Assembly: GCF_004010195.1 (NCBI RefSeq)
Contig: NC_057717.1
Span: 106,455,127-106,519,126 of the forward strand
Reading direction: 5' to 3'
DNA from: Chiloscyllium plagiosum
Lineage: Eukaryota
Length of the DNA: 64,000 nucleotides
Shown piece after piece: positions 40,031 through 53,780 of the stretch (position 1 is the first letter of the stretch; each line of letters opens with the position of its first letter). The notes beneath the pieces were generated by a model that saw nothing but the letters and a program-made list of their open reading frames with translations, ran no database searches and was not told where the DNA came from. The translations under genes and the position numbers were made by a program.

Positions 40031-42169
40031 CGCATTGTCTGCAATCTAAAACTGGTGCTGTAAAGCACCAAGTTCTGTGATTATTTTTTACTGAACCGGT
40101 CCTGATACAGTATGATATACACATGTCACAGGGAGGCCTTCTGGCTCCGAGCTAGAAAACACTATCCCTGTGCTTTAAGAACTCATCAATATCTGCAATA
40201 TCCATTCCCAGAACCATTGTTGCTTTTGGGGTTTGAATGTAGCTTTAATCAGGCAGATTACAAAGAATTGAAGATCTCTGTGCCTCTGCTGCTGGTTTAT
40301 GTTCTAAAGCTAAAGATGGGTGTTGTTACTTTGGACAGGGTGTTGATCTGCTAAATGGATGTTCATACTACTCACTGGCCTGTCACAGATTCTCCTTCAG
40401 CTGTCCGATAACAGATAACAGATTGACCACAGGTTAGTGCTCAATTGGTTTGCTTCAATGACATCAGGTGAACAGCTTGAGATCTTCAAGTAGTGGTCCA
40501 CAGCTTTTGAGAAATGATGCAAACTCACTCAGGGAACCTCAAAGGACCGGTGGTGCTGGTAACCTCCCTGGTTGAAATAAAGCCTCATTCCTGATGAAGG
40601 GCTTTTGCCTGAAACTTCGATTCTCCTGCACCTCGGATGCAGTCTGTCCTGCTATGCTTTTCCAGCACCACACTATTGACTCTAATCTCCAGCATCAGCA
40701 GTCCTCACTTTTGCCTGGGAGTAATGATGCCTGAATCCTATGTACCTGCAAACTGCTGCTCTTCCCCTGCCTCCATAATAATGGCGGAGTGGGTCACCAA
40801 GGGGTTAAGTCTTACATGGTCTGTGGAGATGTAGGAGATGGGGAGGGCGTTTCTGTAAATCAGTGGGTGGCCTGAACAAGGAAGAAACAGCGAAAACTGT
40901 TAATGCAGGTCTTAGGAGGAATCCAAGCAAAACAAAAATGGGCTTGGAAAAATATTTCCAAAATACAAAAATTGACAAGCAAAGTTTGCATACACGTATT
41001 TGTAAACTTGCAAATTCATTGATCCTGTTTTGATCTAATGATAAAGCCAGCTGTTGCGAAGTGGTGAAGAACAGAACTCACAGCCAAGCCTTTATAAGCT
41101 GCCAAGCTTCAATTCACACATAAAAAGATCCTTCATTAATATAGCACCAAAGTTTCTCAATGTCGTACTTCTATTCAACGTTATAACTTTGGAATTTACA
41201 GAGGCATGCCATATAGCTACAAAAGAAAAGACTCAGTCCTGAATCTGTGTTTACCAATATAATTTATTACCCACTTAATGTTCATGAAATACATCAAATT
41301 CATTATACAATTAAAATACTGCATCTTACAAAATTGAATCAAAACGATCCCGAGAGGTGGTGTGTACGCAGCAATCTTGTGACAAAACAGATGTTAATTT
41401 CATTTTTTTAATCATTCACTCACAGGATGTAGGCATCACTGGCTAGGCCAGCATTTAATGTAGTTCAGAGTCAACCACATTGCTGTGGGTCTGGGGTTAA
41501 ATGTAGGCTAGACTGGGTAAGGATAGCACGTTCCTTTCTTATAGGACATTAGTGAACCAGATGGACTTTTCCAACATTCAACAATGGATTCATGGTCATC
41601 ACTAGAATCTTTATTTCAGATTTTATTTAATTGAATTCAGTCAGATCCACAGCAGGATTTGAACACAGGTTCCCAGAACATTACCTTAGTCTCTGGATTA
41701 ACAGCCCAGTGATAACACCATCAAGCCATTGCCTCCACGTATTGTGTTAATTTGGGTTCAGGTGAGTGAGAATGAGACAAAATACAACCAAAGTAATCTC
41801 TCCCGAAGCAGTTGATATGAGCAGCATCATTGTTAACATCTCATTAATGTAGGCAGCTAGTTGCCTTCTGTTTTCACCATGTTTGTGGTATTGGACTGAT
41901 GTAGGAATTAGCTTTAGCAAGGATATCGAAAATACACAATTTTCACAACTTCTCTGCCTTTCTATCATTTGCCCCATGTTCTCACAATCATTCTGGTCCC
42001 TCCTGTGATCTGGCCAATGTGATCCACTCTCTTATTGCTGTTTCAGTTTCAGCCAGCTCTTCACTCATCCTGAAACAGACCCACAATTCAGGAAGAAGGA
42101 TATCATTTCTGCATAGGGTCAACTTCCTGAAACCACTAAGGCAATTTCTACCCAGTCTTTTCTCACATG

Positions 42170-42625
42170 GTTCAGAAATAATTTACAAGGATGTTGCCAG
42201 GGTTGATGGGTTTGAGTTATAGGGAGAGACCGAATAGGCTGTAGCTGTTTTCCCTGCAGCATTGGAGGCTGAGGGGTGACCTTATAGAAGTTTATAAAAT
42301 CATGAGAGGCATGGATGAGAGACAAGGTCTTTTCCATGGGGTGGAGGAGTCCAGAACTAGAGGGCATCGGTTTAACTTGAAACTGGAAAAATTTAAAATG
42401 AACCTAAGGGGCAACTTTTTCATACGGAGGGTGGTGCGTGTATGGAATGAGCTGCCAGAGGAAGTGGTGGAGGCTGGTACAATTACAATATTGAAAAGGC
42501 ATTTGGATGGGTATATGAATGGGAAGGGTTTAGAGGGACATGGGTCAAATGCTGGCAAATGGGGCTACATTACTTTAGGATATCTGGTTGGCATGGACGA
42601 GTTGGACTGAAGGGTCTGTTTCTAT
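42170..42625 (+). mobile_element. CR1 3' fragment
   Basis: RTRGH...WNELPEEVVEA motif. Confidence 0.88.
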
Positions 42626-44934
42626 GTGAGAGAAAAAGGTTTCTAATTAAATCTATCAACATTAGATACTTGAATATAACCTTTTAAAGAGTCTGTTGTT
42701 AATGTACCTCAACAATGAACTGTTTAATTTTTTCAAAGAAATTGGAAAGACTTCCTGCAAAATGAATCATTTTGATAAGGTAGTGAAGTTTCATTAACCA
42801 AACAAAGATCATGAAAATAACTAAAGTCTCAATGTAGCAAGAAGAAAGATGTAATGAGGCACATGGATGAAAGAAATGCAGAGAGGCTGGATTTCTGCAA
42901 TCCCAGAACCAGAGACCACTGATTCAATGTGATTATCAAAGTAACTAACACTGATTTGAGAAAGCCTAAATGAGTCAGTGTGTGGTGAGGTTGTGAAATG
43001 TGCTGCCTGAGAATGTGATGGAGGTAGATACAGTCATGGATTTATAAAGAGAACTAAAGAAAGGTCATTTTCAGGACAACAGGGAAAGGTAATGGAGTGG
43101 GATGAGCTCAGCTGCTCTTACAGGCAGTGGGCACAGACAAGATGCATCCATTAGCTTCCTTCAGTGCTGCATCTATTCCTCACTTCTATTCAATAAATGT
43201 GAAAAAGGTTCCAACACCTGACCTAAATTTGCCTTTGAGTGTTTCTCTCTGTCCATTTCATGGCAAAGCTTGACATCCTGGTTTGTAGAAGCAGTCACTG
43301 CCTTTCAAACCTGAAAAGCTCAAGTTTCTTAATTCTTTCTTCACACCTCTGTCTGACATGTGAAATGTTTCTTACAGATGAACTCAAGGATCTGCAGGGA
43401 GGATTTGTGACCTGGTCCTGTATCTCACTTGACCATGTCTTGCCAACATCCCAACCAGTTCATATTTCATGTCTTCCTGGACAATTCAGCTCCCCTTCAT
43501 TGGTAGCACAATGCTGTGGATATTGGAAATCTAAAACAAACACAGAGAATGTTGGTGAAACTCAGCAGGTTTGTCAGCATCAGTGGAACGGGTAGCAGAG
43601 TTAGTCTTTCGAATATGGTATGGCTCTTCTTCAAAACAGATCCTGTTGTGTTTCTCTAGCATTCTCTGCATTTGTTACAGCTATTCTTCAGATTGAGATT
43701 CAGGGTACAATGTCAACTTAGATTTGGAGACCAATTGGCTTTTAACATTCCTTAAGATTGGAGTGGGGGAGGGTTTAAGACTAGGGGGCACATTTTTAAA
43801 TTGAGAGGAAAAACATGAGAAGCAACGTTTTTTACGCAGAGGGTGGTTTGTGTGTGGAATGAACTTTCTGAGAAAGTGGTGGATGAGGGTACATTTCCAA
43901 TGTTTAAAAGATATTTGGATAAGTACTCAAATAGGAAAGGTTTGGAAGGATGTGGACCAGAAACTGTGGGATGAGTTTAGTTTCGAATTATGTTTGGCAT
44001 AGACTGGTTGGACCGAAGGTCTGTTTCCGTGCTGTTTGACCCAATGACTTTGTTAAGTTGGAAGATGTGGAGAGCATGCCCAACACTAGAAGGCCAAAGG
44101 GTTGGTCAATGTTGAGGCTGACAGCTCTGGAATTCAGCAAGGTGGTTCTGTTAGAGTCCCAGGGAGCAAGGATATCAAAATAAGTTTACAGTAGAACAGG
44201 CTGAAGGGATTACATTGGCTCCTGGTCTCCTGTTCCTTAGCGATGTGACATAGAAGGCAGGAAGTCCAGATTAGAGTGGTGCTGGAAAAGCACAGCAGGT
44301 CAGGCAGCATCCGAGCAGCAGGAAAATCAACATTTGAGGCAAAAGATTTGCTCTCATGTCTTTCCTCTCAACTTAAAAATGTGCCCCCCCCCCCCATCCT
44401 AGGGAGTGTTAAAAGCCAATTGGTCTCCAAATCTAAGTTGATATTGTGCCCTGAATCTCAATCTGAAGAATGGCTGTAACATCGGGAATCGTCCTGAAGA
44501 AGGGCTTTTGCCCAAAACGTCGATTTTTCCTGCTCCTCGGATACTGCCTGACTGCTGTGCTGTTCCAGTGCCACTCTAACCCTGACTCTAATCTCCAGCA
44601 TCTGCAGTACCCACTTTTGCATAGAAGAAGATTCTGCTAGTGATATAAGTAATAAAGATGCAGATGTGCAAGAGCCAGTCTTAAAAACAAAGGAAGTTCT
44701 TGGAGAGTCACAGCTGGAGAAGGTTACAGAGGTAGAGAAGGAAGACACCATTCAGAAAGAATTAGAGGTGAATATTTGCATAGTTCTCCTGTATCATCTG
44801 CAGAAAGCACAAGACATAGGACAAGAGACCTGCAAACAAACTCAAACCCAGGATATTTTCCAGAGTAGTTAGAAATGCTGTTTTTAAATTGTAAAATCTC
44901 GTTTCATATTCTAGTCCATTGCAGGTTGTTGTGA

Positions 44935-45113
44935 TCATTCCTGATACTGGTTTTCATTGGGAACTTGTGGATTGTTGTTGGGCTTTGCATTTTGTAGTTT
45001 GTATACTCCTGTTTTCTTGACATTCTTGTTCAAGTAATAAATGATGACTCCTGTTGCAAAGATCAATGTAGCCACCACTGATACACTTGCTGCAGCTATG
45101 ATCGTAGCTTTAC
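44935..45113 (-). CDS. Gene B terminal exon, transmembrane plus cytoplasmic tail
   Basis: ttcctcacag acceptor. GKATIIAAASVSVVATLIFATGVIIYYLNKNVKKTGVYKLQNAKPNNNPQVPNENQYQE*. Confidence 0.9.
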
Positions 45114-45454
45114 CTGTGAGGAAGATAGGTGAATGAAATGATTCGTAAAACTGAATTTGCATAATTTTTAAAAAATGAATGAGATTTTTAATGTCCTAAA
45201 GTCATATAGATACTTTGTTCTCTGTGCGTCATGAATATAAATGGAGAAAAACAGTGTGTCAATCTGTCAGATTAGTCAGCTGGGTAGAATGAGAATCACA
45301 GGAGATGCTCAACAGCATGGCCCATCCATAACTGCAGTGTCAGGTGAAATGGAATTAGTCTAATGAAAATGTTCAAAATTGATTGCTGCTCCTGTTTCAG
45401 TGCTTTCTCAGTTACTAATCTCATGATCTGTTTCCACTGATTAGGGATCTGTAG

Positions 45455-45950
45455 TTGCAGATACATTCAATTTTGTTCAAATAGCACACAATCTGTAAGC
45501 AGTCAGTCCATGTAATATTTTATAAATTCCTACTTTGGAAATAGAACCAATCTGCCTCAAGATTGGGATATAGATAGATTCTAAACTCACAGCTTTAATG
45601 CATTGTCTGAGCTGAGATGTCACAATTTTTTATAAAATCTTATGTTATCTTGGAACTATGATTTGAAAGAAGTTCTGGGATTTACATATTAATGAATTGA
45701 AACCTGCATCCCCATTTTAAGTGATTAAAGACTGAACAGCAATCTAAGTTTGTTCAATACATCGCATCAATTGTATGACACTTTGATCTTTTACTCTGAA
45801 CTCTGTGTCCTATGATCCTGCCCGACTAGCTACCAGATGAAAGAGCAGCGCTCCGAAAGCTTGTACTTCCAAATAAACCTGTTGGACTATAACCTGGTGT
45901 TGTGTGATTTTTAACTTTGTCCACCCCAATCCAACACCAGAACCTCCACA
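45455..45950 (+). mobile_element. Penelope-derived element (same family as 63177-63815)
   Basis: Ends in gcgctccgaaagct...ggactataacctggtgttgtgtgatttttaac. Confidence 0.7.
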
Positions 45951-46343
45951 TCATGTCTACTGGTTTAAGAATTCTTTCACTTTCTCTCTGACTTCCTGAA
46001 GTCTCTCTGTCTGTTTACAAAAGTCCACTCTATGATCAAGTTTCTGGACACTTGCACAAACTTTCCCATAAAGGCCTACAACCGTTCATTTCTTCCAGTA
46101 AGTACATGGAGATTGTTTTCCCCCACTGTGTAAGTGAAGTTGTGAGAGGATGAACTTTTAAATCTGTTGGAGGTTGGAATGAAACAGAAGAGACCTTGGA
46201 AAAGGTTTTGTCTGATCTTTCGACTTTGGTGTTAGACAGGCCAAAACTTTCACTTTTTTTTCTGTTTGAAGTAGAGATTTACACCACGGGTTTTTAGTGA
46301 AGTTAAATAATTTAATCAATCAGCTTTGATATTTTTGATTCAC

Positions 46344-46622
46344 CTTCGATGCTGATGTCCACGATCTTCTCTTCAGCTCCAAGTTGGTTCATAACTGAAC
46401 ATTTATATGTTCCACTATTTTTAGTTGTAGCATCAGAAATACAGAGAACTCCTGAAGGATTAATCACAACATTGCTTTGTTTGGGCCATTCCCATTTCAG
46501 TGTTGGGCGTGGATTTCCTTGGTAGTCACATTGTAATATAATAGATTCACCTTTACTGAAATATACTGGAGACTTGGAGACACTTTTGTTATTTGCTAAT
46601 AGAGCTGTAATGATTGGTTTAT
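46344..46622 (-). CDS. Gene B membrane-proximal I-set Ig domain exon
   Basis: ttttacag acceptor, gtgaat donor, 279 nt. YKP...IILQCDYQGNPRPTLKW...SGTYKCSVMNQLG...VDISIEG is homologous to gene A D6. Confidence 0.9.
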
Positions 46623-47289
46623 CTGTAAAACAAAATGATTTGAAATTAGGAGCAATGCAACTTCCAGCTGATCTTGTTAAAAAGCAATGATATCTCAATT
46701 TAATTTAAATGGTTTAATTGTATGTGATGTGCGAAACAATTCTGTGACCAGATTTCTGCCCTTGTGCAAATTGCCCAGAACGGACTCACTGCTTATTCCT
46801 AATGGTGGTGGTGGGGGGGGCTTTGCTGCAGAGCTTTGGGCCACCTGCAATATGGGAATGCAATCTGAATCCTGGTAAACTGGAAAACTCCACAATGATG
46901 CCACCAATATACCACACTGTTATTATGCTTGTTTCTAATTCTCCCCAAAGAAGGCTTGAATTTATTTAACATGGAGTATCTTTAATAAACAACTCAAATG
47001 TCCAATATACAAAAAGTCACTCTGAAGGACATTGACAATAATATAATTAAGTTGAATTGCCTGGGCATTATTTATGGTGAGATGATTATAGGAGGATTTG
47101 TTGTGTAAGGAAGTATGGCCGTGGCTGTATAATTGGAACAGTCTGTAAAAGATGGATTTAGGAAATTTATCAGAGATATTTCAAATATACATCATATCAT
47201 GACTATGATTTTGAATGGTTTACTGAGACTGATTTTCTCGTGTTCGGGGGGTTGAGAAATGAACATGGTGACAGAGAGGGCTTTTTAGA

Positions 47290-47525
47290 AAGCAGATACA
47301 TGGGAACACCACCACCTTCAGGTTCCCCTCCAAGCCATTCACCATCCTGACTTGGAAATATATCCGCCTTCCTTCATTGTCACTGGGTCAAAATACTGGA
47401 ATTACCTTCCTCAGGGCATTGTGGGTCAACCTACAACACATGGACTATAGCGGTTCAAGAATGCAGCTCACCATCACCTTCTCAAAGGGCAACTAGAAAC
47501 GGGGAATAAATGCTGGCCCAGATCC
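47290..47525 (+). mobile_element. LINE (CR1/L2 superfamily) 3' end; related copy at 51770-52015
   Basis: gggaacaccaccacc...ttcaagaa.gcagctcacca...aataaatgctggcc. Confidence 0.65.
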
Positions 47526-48878
47526 CACAAATGAATTTAACTAAAGTATTTTGATGGATTTTATTTAGTTGAGTTTATGCTGCTAACTACTTGCAATTAT
47601 TTTTGTGTGCTTAATGAATAGTTTGGAGTGTTGTAATTACCAATCTTTGTCGTTGCTTATGACATATTCATTGTTATGTTGAGAACATTCTTAGATGTCA
47701 TTTGTTGCTTTATAAATGAGATTTGAGTCAACTATATGGCAGATTAATGTGGAACTTTCCTGTAATGTATTTGTAACAATAAAATGTTGATTAAACGGTG
47801 GCACAATTTTATACACAATGAGTTGTCCAAATTTTCATGAGGTTTTGCTCCCTATTGACTAGACAAATGCTATATTTAAATCAAAATTTCCAAGGTCAGA
47901 ATTTTAAAAAAATTATTGAGGGAATAGCAATCATAAACTTGATGTAAACTGGAAATTTGTACAGTTAGAGAGCAGTCTTTCAATCTCCAATCTGTTCAAG
48001 GCTGCTATGGCAACCTTGTGGAGTGGAGATGGGATGGAATCACTGCATGAGTTGATAATTAACTCACTTGGCTAAGGTTTCTATGAATAATTTTGTGCCA
48101 ACTTACAAGCACGTGTACAACCAAGGAATAAGAGTAATTTGTCAGGCTCTTTGAGCCTGTTCTGCCATTATTAAAATCATCAATGATCTGATTTTAACCT
48201 CAATTCTACCCACTTCTTCATAGGCATAATCATCTTTAATTTTCTTAATAATCAAGAATCTATTTATCTCCACCTTAAAAATAGTGGCAATCCAAAGATG
48301 TTCAGGACAGGTGACTTGGCCATGCTAAATTGCCCATAGTGTTAGATGCATTAGTCAGGGGTAAATATAGGGTAGGGGAATGGGTCTGGGTAAATTACTC
48401 TTCGGAGGGTCAGTGCGGACATGTTGGGCCGAAGGGCCTGTTTCCATATTGTAGAGAATCTAATCACTGTATCTTTCTGGGTGATCAGTGCATTTCAATA
48501 AATACCAGCTCTGTTACCATATCAACCTGGTGAAGTTACTCTATCTCCTGAGTTGAAAGGGATTAATTTTTTGCTTAATAAAAAATTAAAATACTGCAGA
48601 TCCCACAAGTCAAAAATTTAAAAAAAGAAAATATTGAAATACTCAGCAATTGAAGAAGCATTTCAGGAGAGTAAAACTGAGTTAACATTTCAGGTCTGTG
48701 GGTTTTCTGAACTGCTTTGCAGACCTGTATTCCCAGTGATTTTAGGTTTAAAATATCAGCAAAGTCCTTTCAACACAGGAGATTTCAATGTGATCCAAAA
48801 CTTTACTGATAAAGGCCCCTTATTGCTGCAACCAGAACATAGAGATGAATCAACAAAACCTGTTACAATTTAACTTAC

Positions 48879-49193
48879 AGTACGTTTGCAGAGTGACAGA
48901 AGAGTTTGTGATTGACTTTGTGGTATTAGAGCCCAAGTCCACTTCAGCCAAGCAGGTGTACTCCTGTCCATCATCTGATCGACTTGCAACGAAATTGAAG
49001 ACATTTCTCAACCTTTTATCTTCATCCACAGAACCTGGTTCGCCTGTGGAATTTCTCTGAATAATCTCACTGCCTCTTAGCCATGTGAGAATGAGTTTGT
49101 TGTTTGGATAAACTCTTGGGCCAATGCACTCCAGATGATATGTTCTGTTAATCTCCAGCACTTCAGGGAGTACTGTAATGTTTATCTCTCGAT
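48879..49193 (-). CDS. Gene B Ig D2 exon
   Basis: ctttaacag acceptor, gtaagt donor, 315 nt; near-identical to gene A D2. Confidence 0.92.
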
Positions 49194-50464
49194 CTGTTAA
49201 AGGAGAATTACAGTTGACAGGATTCGCTGAGATAGTAAAGTCCACAAGGACCATTAGAGAGATGACTGATGCTGGTTTAACCAGATGGTCACCATACCTC
49301 AGATGAGGGCAGCAGCTGAAAAGGAGAGTCCTTCATGGTAACTTCAACTGGTATGGGAAATAACATTTCTGAGGACCATGGAGCCCTGTCCTTCCCAATG
49401 ATTCACTGTCACACAATGTTATACATGTACCAGACTAGATATTTCAGCCAATCACATTTATACCTTGCCATTCATTATTCGTCATTGCTCAGCACATTGA
49501 CTTGGGGACTTCTCAATCTGCACACAGCTCAAACTGTTAAAAGGGCTTATGCCCGAAACGTCGATTCTCCTGCTCCTTGGATGCTGCCTGACCGGCTGCG
49601 CTTTTCCAGCAACACATTTTCAGCTCAAACTGATACTCTGATTAGAAAACTGAAATTACTACTGACATCAGTAGCATTGTTAAAAGTAACTTTCAATTAA
49701 AAGATTTCTAACTGAAGTTCATTGAAACAACCAACAATAAAAATTGTCATTTTACAGAGGACCTGGACATTAATGTGTGTTGTTCTGTGGTGAGTGTTTG
49801 AACTAAAATTTGAAGAATATGGTTTATTCATCTTAATAGGAGGGAAAGAAACCTCACAATGTTTATAAAGTATGTGGATGAACCTCTGAAGTGTCATAAC
49901 ATTCAAGGCTACGGACCAAGTGCTGAAAAGTGAGATTAGTGTAGATAGGTATATGTGCAAACCCGTGCTCAAGGACTGTATGACTCTCTGACTCGCTAAA
50001 CTATTTCACCACTGAAATAATATCTCAGCTAAAGAATGTGCTCAGTTAAGGAAAACATTCACTTTATTTAAGGACCATCTTACTGTGTCTGCATCCTGCC
50101 ACAACTCTGTTTGAATGCTCGATCTTGTCAGATTGTACAACTTCCTGTGATGATACATGCTGTCTCTCATAAACGTATCATACAGTCACAGCTTCTTTAC
50201 ACTATAATGATGAGTTAGTGACTGTTGACACAAGCTATACAGAACACAAATGAACTACAAAATCTCATTGATTCTGTTCACCTTAAGATCTCTTTTGAGG
50301 TTACTTAGAATAAAATTAAGACATCCAGTATAATATCCAGTCACATCCTTGCCTTTGAGTGCTGCAGTGATTCTGGACAGTGAGGATATCCTAACCTTTG
50401 CTCCATCTGTATAGGGAACACTGCTCTTAAAGCAATATTACAACATTCCTGTTTCTTTTCCCCA

Positions 50465-50544
50465 GACGTTAAATCAAATACACTAAAGGTGAAAACATAG
50501 AAGTGACGTTAAATCAAATACACTAAAGGTGAAAACATAGAAGT
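50465..50544. repeat. Exact 40-bp tandem duplication
   Basis: gacgttaaatcaaatacactaaaggtgaaaacatagaagt twice. Confidence 0.9.
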
Positions 50545-51219
50545 GTTTATAGATCCACTGGAATGTCTGCATCTTTATTGAGTTTGCCAACAAGCCCAGC
50601 ATTTCCAAAGCGTCTATGAGGTGATCCACATGATGGACAATCCTAATGCATTCCAGGCCATCAAGCTGACACTTAAGCTTCTTTGTATGTGAATACTGCA
50701 CTTCTCTAACACGCAACACAACACCACCTTTAAAACTTCCTGCAGAATCAAACCTATCTGGTTACATTGTTGTATATCCTGGAATGACCCAATGTGAGTC
50801 TTGGTCTCTTCTGCTGCCCTCGCAGATTTCAGAGATAGGCATAAAGTCAAGGTCCATATAGGTTGGTGGTTCTGCCACTATCAGTTCACTTGGCTCTATC
50901 AGCTAAAATACTTGTGATCTCCATGCCAAATTGCCAGAGCTGCATTGTGATCAGAATGTGCCAATGCACGGCTTGGATAAACCATTGTATGCAGTTAATG
51001 TAGCAGTTATCAGTGTACTACTGAATTCCAATGATATCCTTCAAAATTCAGACTGATGGGATATCGCATTCTCTCCTGTGTTAGTCTTGGCTTGGAGTGG
51101 TGTTTGCCAGCTCTGTCTGAGAAAACAACATTGTTTCTGGCAAAAACTTCTCGTGAGTTGATTTTGTCCCACAGTGTGCTCCATTTACAAAGTGGGACTG
51201 GACAAGACACTGGAATACT

Positions 51220-51750
51220 GTGGGCAGTTATGGTCTCTCTCCTAAAACAAGAATGTTATGAAATTTGAAAGGTTCAGAAAATATTGCCAGGATTAGAGGG
51301 TTTGAGCAATAGGGAGAGGCTAAATAGGCTGGAGCTATTTTTCTGGAGCGTTGGAGGCTGAGGGGTGACTTTATAGAGGTTTATAAAATCATGAGGGGCA
51401 TGGATAGGGTGAATAGACAAGGTATTTTCCCTGGGGTGGGGGAGTCCAGAACTAGAGGGACATAGGTTTAGGGTGAGAGGGGAAAGATTTAAAAGGGACC
51501 TAAGGGGCAACTTTTTCACAGAGAGTGTACGTGTATGGAATGAGCTGCCAGAGGAAGTGGTGGAGGCTGGTACAATTACAGCATTTAATAGGCATCTGGA
51601 TGGATATATGAATAGGAAGGGTTTAGAGGGATATGAGCCAAATCTGGCAAATGGGACTAGATTAGGTTGGGATATCTTTTCGACATGGACAAGTTGGACC
51701 AAATGGTCTGTTACTGTGCTGTACATCTCTACGACTCTATGACTTTATGA
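51220..51750 (+). mobile_element. CR1 3' fragment
   Basis: WNELPEEVVEAG motif and tatgact tail. Confidence 0.88.
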
Positions 51751-52808
51751 TTGAAAGCTGTTCTATTCTGACAACACACCTGCAAGTTGCCCTCCAAGCC
51801 ACACACCAACCAGACTTGAAAATATGTTGTGATTCCTCAATGTCACTGGTTCATCATCCTGGAATTCCCTCCCTAAGGACATTGTGAGTCTACCTACAGC
51901 ATGTGGACTACAGTGGTTCAAGAAGGCTGCTCACTACACCTCGTCAAGGGCAACTAGGGACAGGCAATAGATGCTGGGCCCACCCAGCTATGTTCATGTC
52001 CCACAAGTGAATATAAAAATAATTCTGGCTCTTGACTTGTGTCTGCATTGCCATGAACTTTGTGTATTAGCTTACGTGGACTCAGTCTCCTTGTGTACTT
52101 CTTGCTGTCACTGCTGTCTTTATTGTGCTTGTTTTCTGGTTTTCTTTTCCTAGTGCAGCCTGCATGCTTGGAGATACATTTCTTGGATATAAGGGACCAG
52201 TCTTCTTTAGAACCACATACATCTTGTCAGGCAGGACAGCTTTGTGGTAACACTGGAGCACACAGTTTGCTTGCTTTTTCTGTCCTGGTTACAGTGCTGA
52301 TACTGCACCTAGTACCGAATGTTGTCCAGCCACAATGGCCTCATATTTTCTGCCATCTGCTCATAGTGAATCAATGATTTGACCTTGCCTTTTGCCAAGA
52401 GGTCATTTTGGAATGCTTTGATATGTGCTGAGACAATTACCAATTTTATTATCTGCTCCAATAGAGTGATCACTTGACGCATCCTTGTCTATGATGCTAC
52501 AATACTGAAGCGACTGTGACTGCTGGTTATGTGATGACATCTTGCCCTTTGCCCAGCCTCAATAACCTGTGAGTTACTTCATTCTAAATGTGGCTGTCAT
52601 TTTGTCCTTACGGTGTCTCTATGTTTGTCTGTACTCCATAATTTTGACTGAGCTTATCTCCTCAGTTTGTATGTAAAACAGTTTTGGGTGACACTGCAGC
52701 TTTTCAACACATTAAGATTCCTTTAGCCAAACATTTGCTGTACAGGCTAAAACATGTAAATTCTATCACCATTTTATTTTATTTGTTAATATAAAATTTT
52801 CCACTTAC

Positions 52809-53072
52809 TATATACAGTTATGTCTTCTCTTTTAATGTCAGTCGTATTCTCACATTGTACGAAACATATTATCGAGAAAGACCACCTGTGGATACTTGTG
52901 ATATTAACTGAGACCCATTGATCACTTTCCAGTTTGGGATAATTTCTTAGTCCTTCGATTGCTATGTAAGATCCTGCACATGACGTACTGCAGTTCACCA
53001 CCAAAGGGTCACCAAATGCCACAGCCAGGGGGTTTGCATTGACCTGTAGCTCCAATCCAGTCACTTTTCCCA
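52809..53072 (-). CDS. Gene B (ICAM/VCAM-like) Ig D1 exon
   Basis: gtatccacag acceptor, gtaagt donor, 264 nt. GKVTGLELQVNANPLAVAFGDPLVVNCSTSC...IAIE...CFVQC...ITVY with four Cys. Confidence 0.9.
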
Positions 53073-53159
53073 CTGTGGATACAAATCACAGTAAATATCG
53101 GGATTTGGAATTCATTGAGAACATGAACAATTCTGAACAAATCTCTGGATCAGTTTACA

Positions 53160-53780
53160 GATGAACAGATGAACATGGAGCAGGAATAGGCCATTGGTCC
53201 TTCAAGCCTGCTCTGCCATTTAATAAATTTATGGCTGACCTCATCACTCCACATTCCTGCCCAGTCACATTAACCTTTCACTCCCTTCCTTACCAAGAAT
53301 CAATCCAGCTCTGTCTTAAACACATCCAAACACTCCACTGCCTTTTCAGGAACAGAAGTGCAAAGATTCATGACAGTCCAAAAGGAAAACATGTCCCTCA
53401 TCCCTCCCTTTAAAATGGTGATGCCTGATTTCTAAGCAGTCACTGCTAGTTCTGGATTCTCCAACAACAGGGAAGATCTTCCTCACATTCACACTATGAA
53501 GACCCCTCAAGAATTTATATGCTTCAATCAAAGTACCTCTTACTCTTCCAATTCCCAGCAGTTATAAGCCCTACCTTTTCTCATTCCTGGTATTAGTCTC
53601 GTTAAGGTTTTCTGAACTGCTTCCAACACATTGACATCCTTCTTTAAATAAGGGGACCAATCCTGCACTCCAGATGTGTTTCACCCGAAACATAAGCTCC
53701 CTACTTTTGTATTCAAGTCCCCTCGCAATTCCCAACTACTGCACCCTCATACAAATCTTTTATGATTCATGCTCTAGGCT
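53160..53780 (-). mobile_element. Older CR1 3' fragment
   Basis: Degenerate IEAYKFLRGL...GESRT and CR1 3' UTR. Confidence 0.7.

Noticed and set aside
50465..50544. Direct repeats as a CRISPR-like array
   Set aside because: Simple head-to-tail duplication without spacers in eukaryotic DNA.
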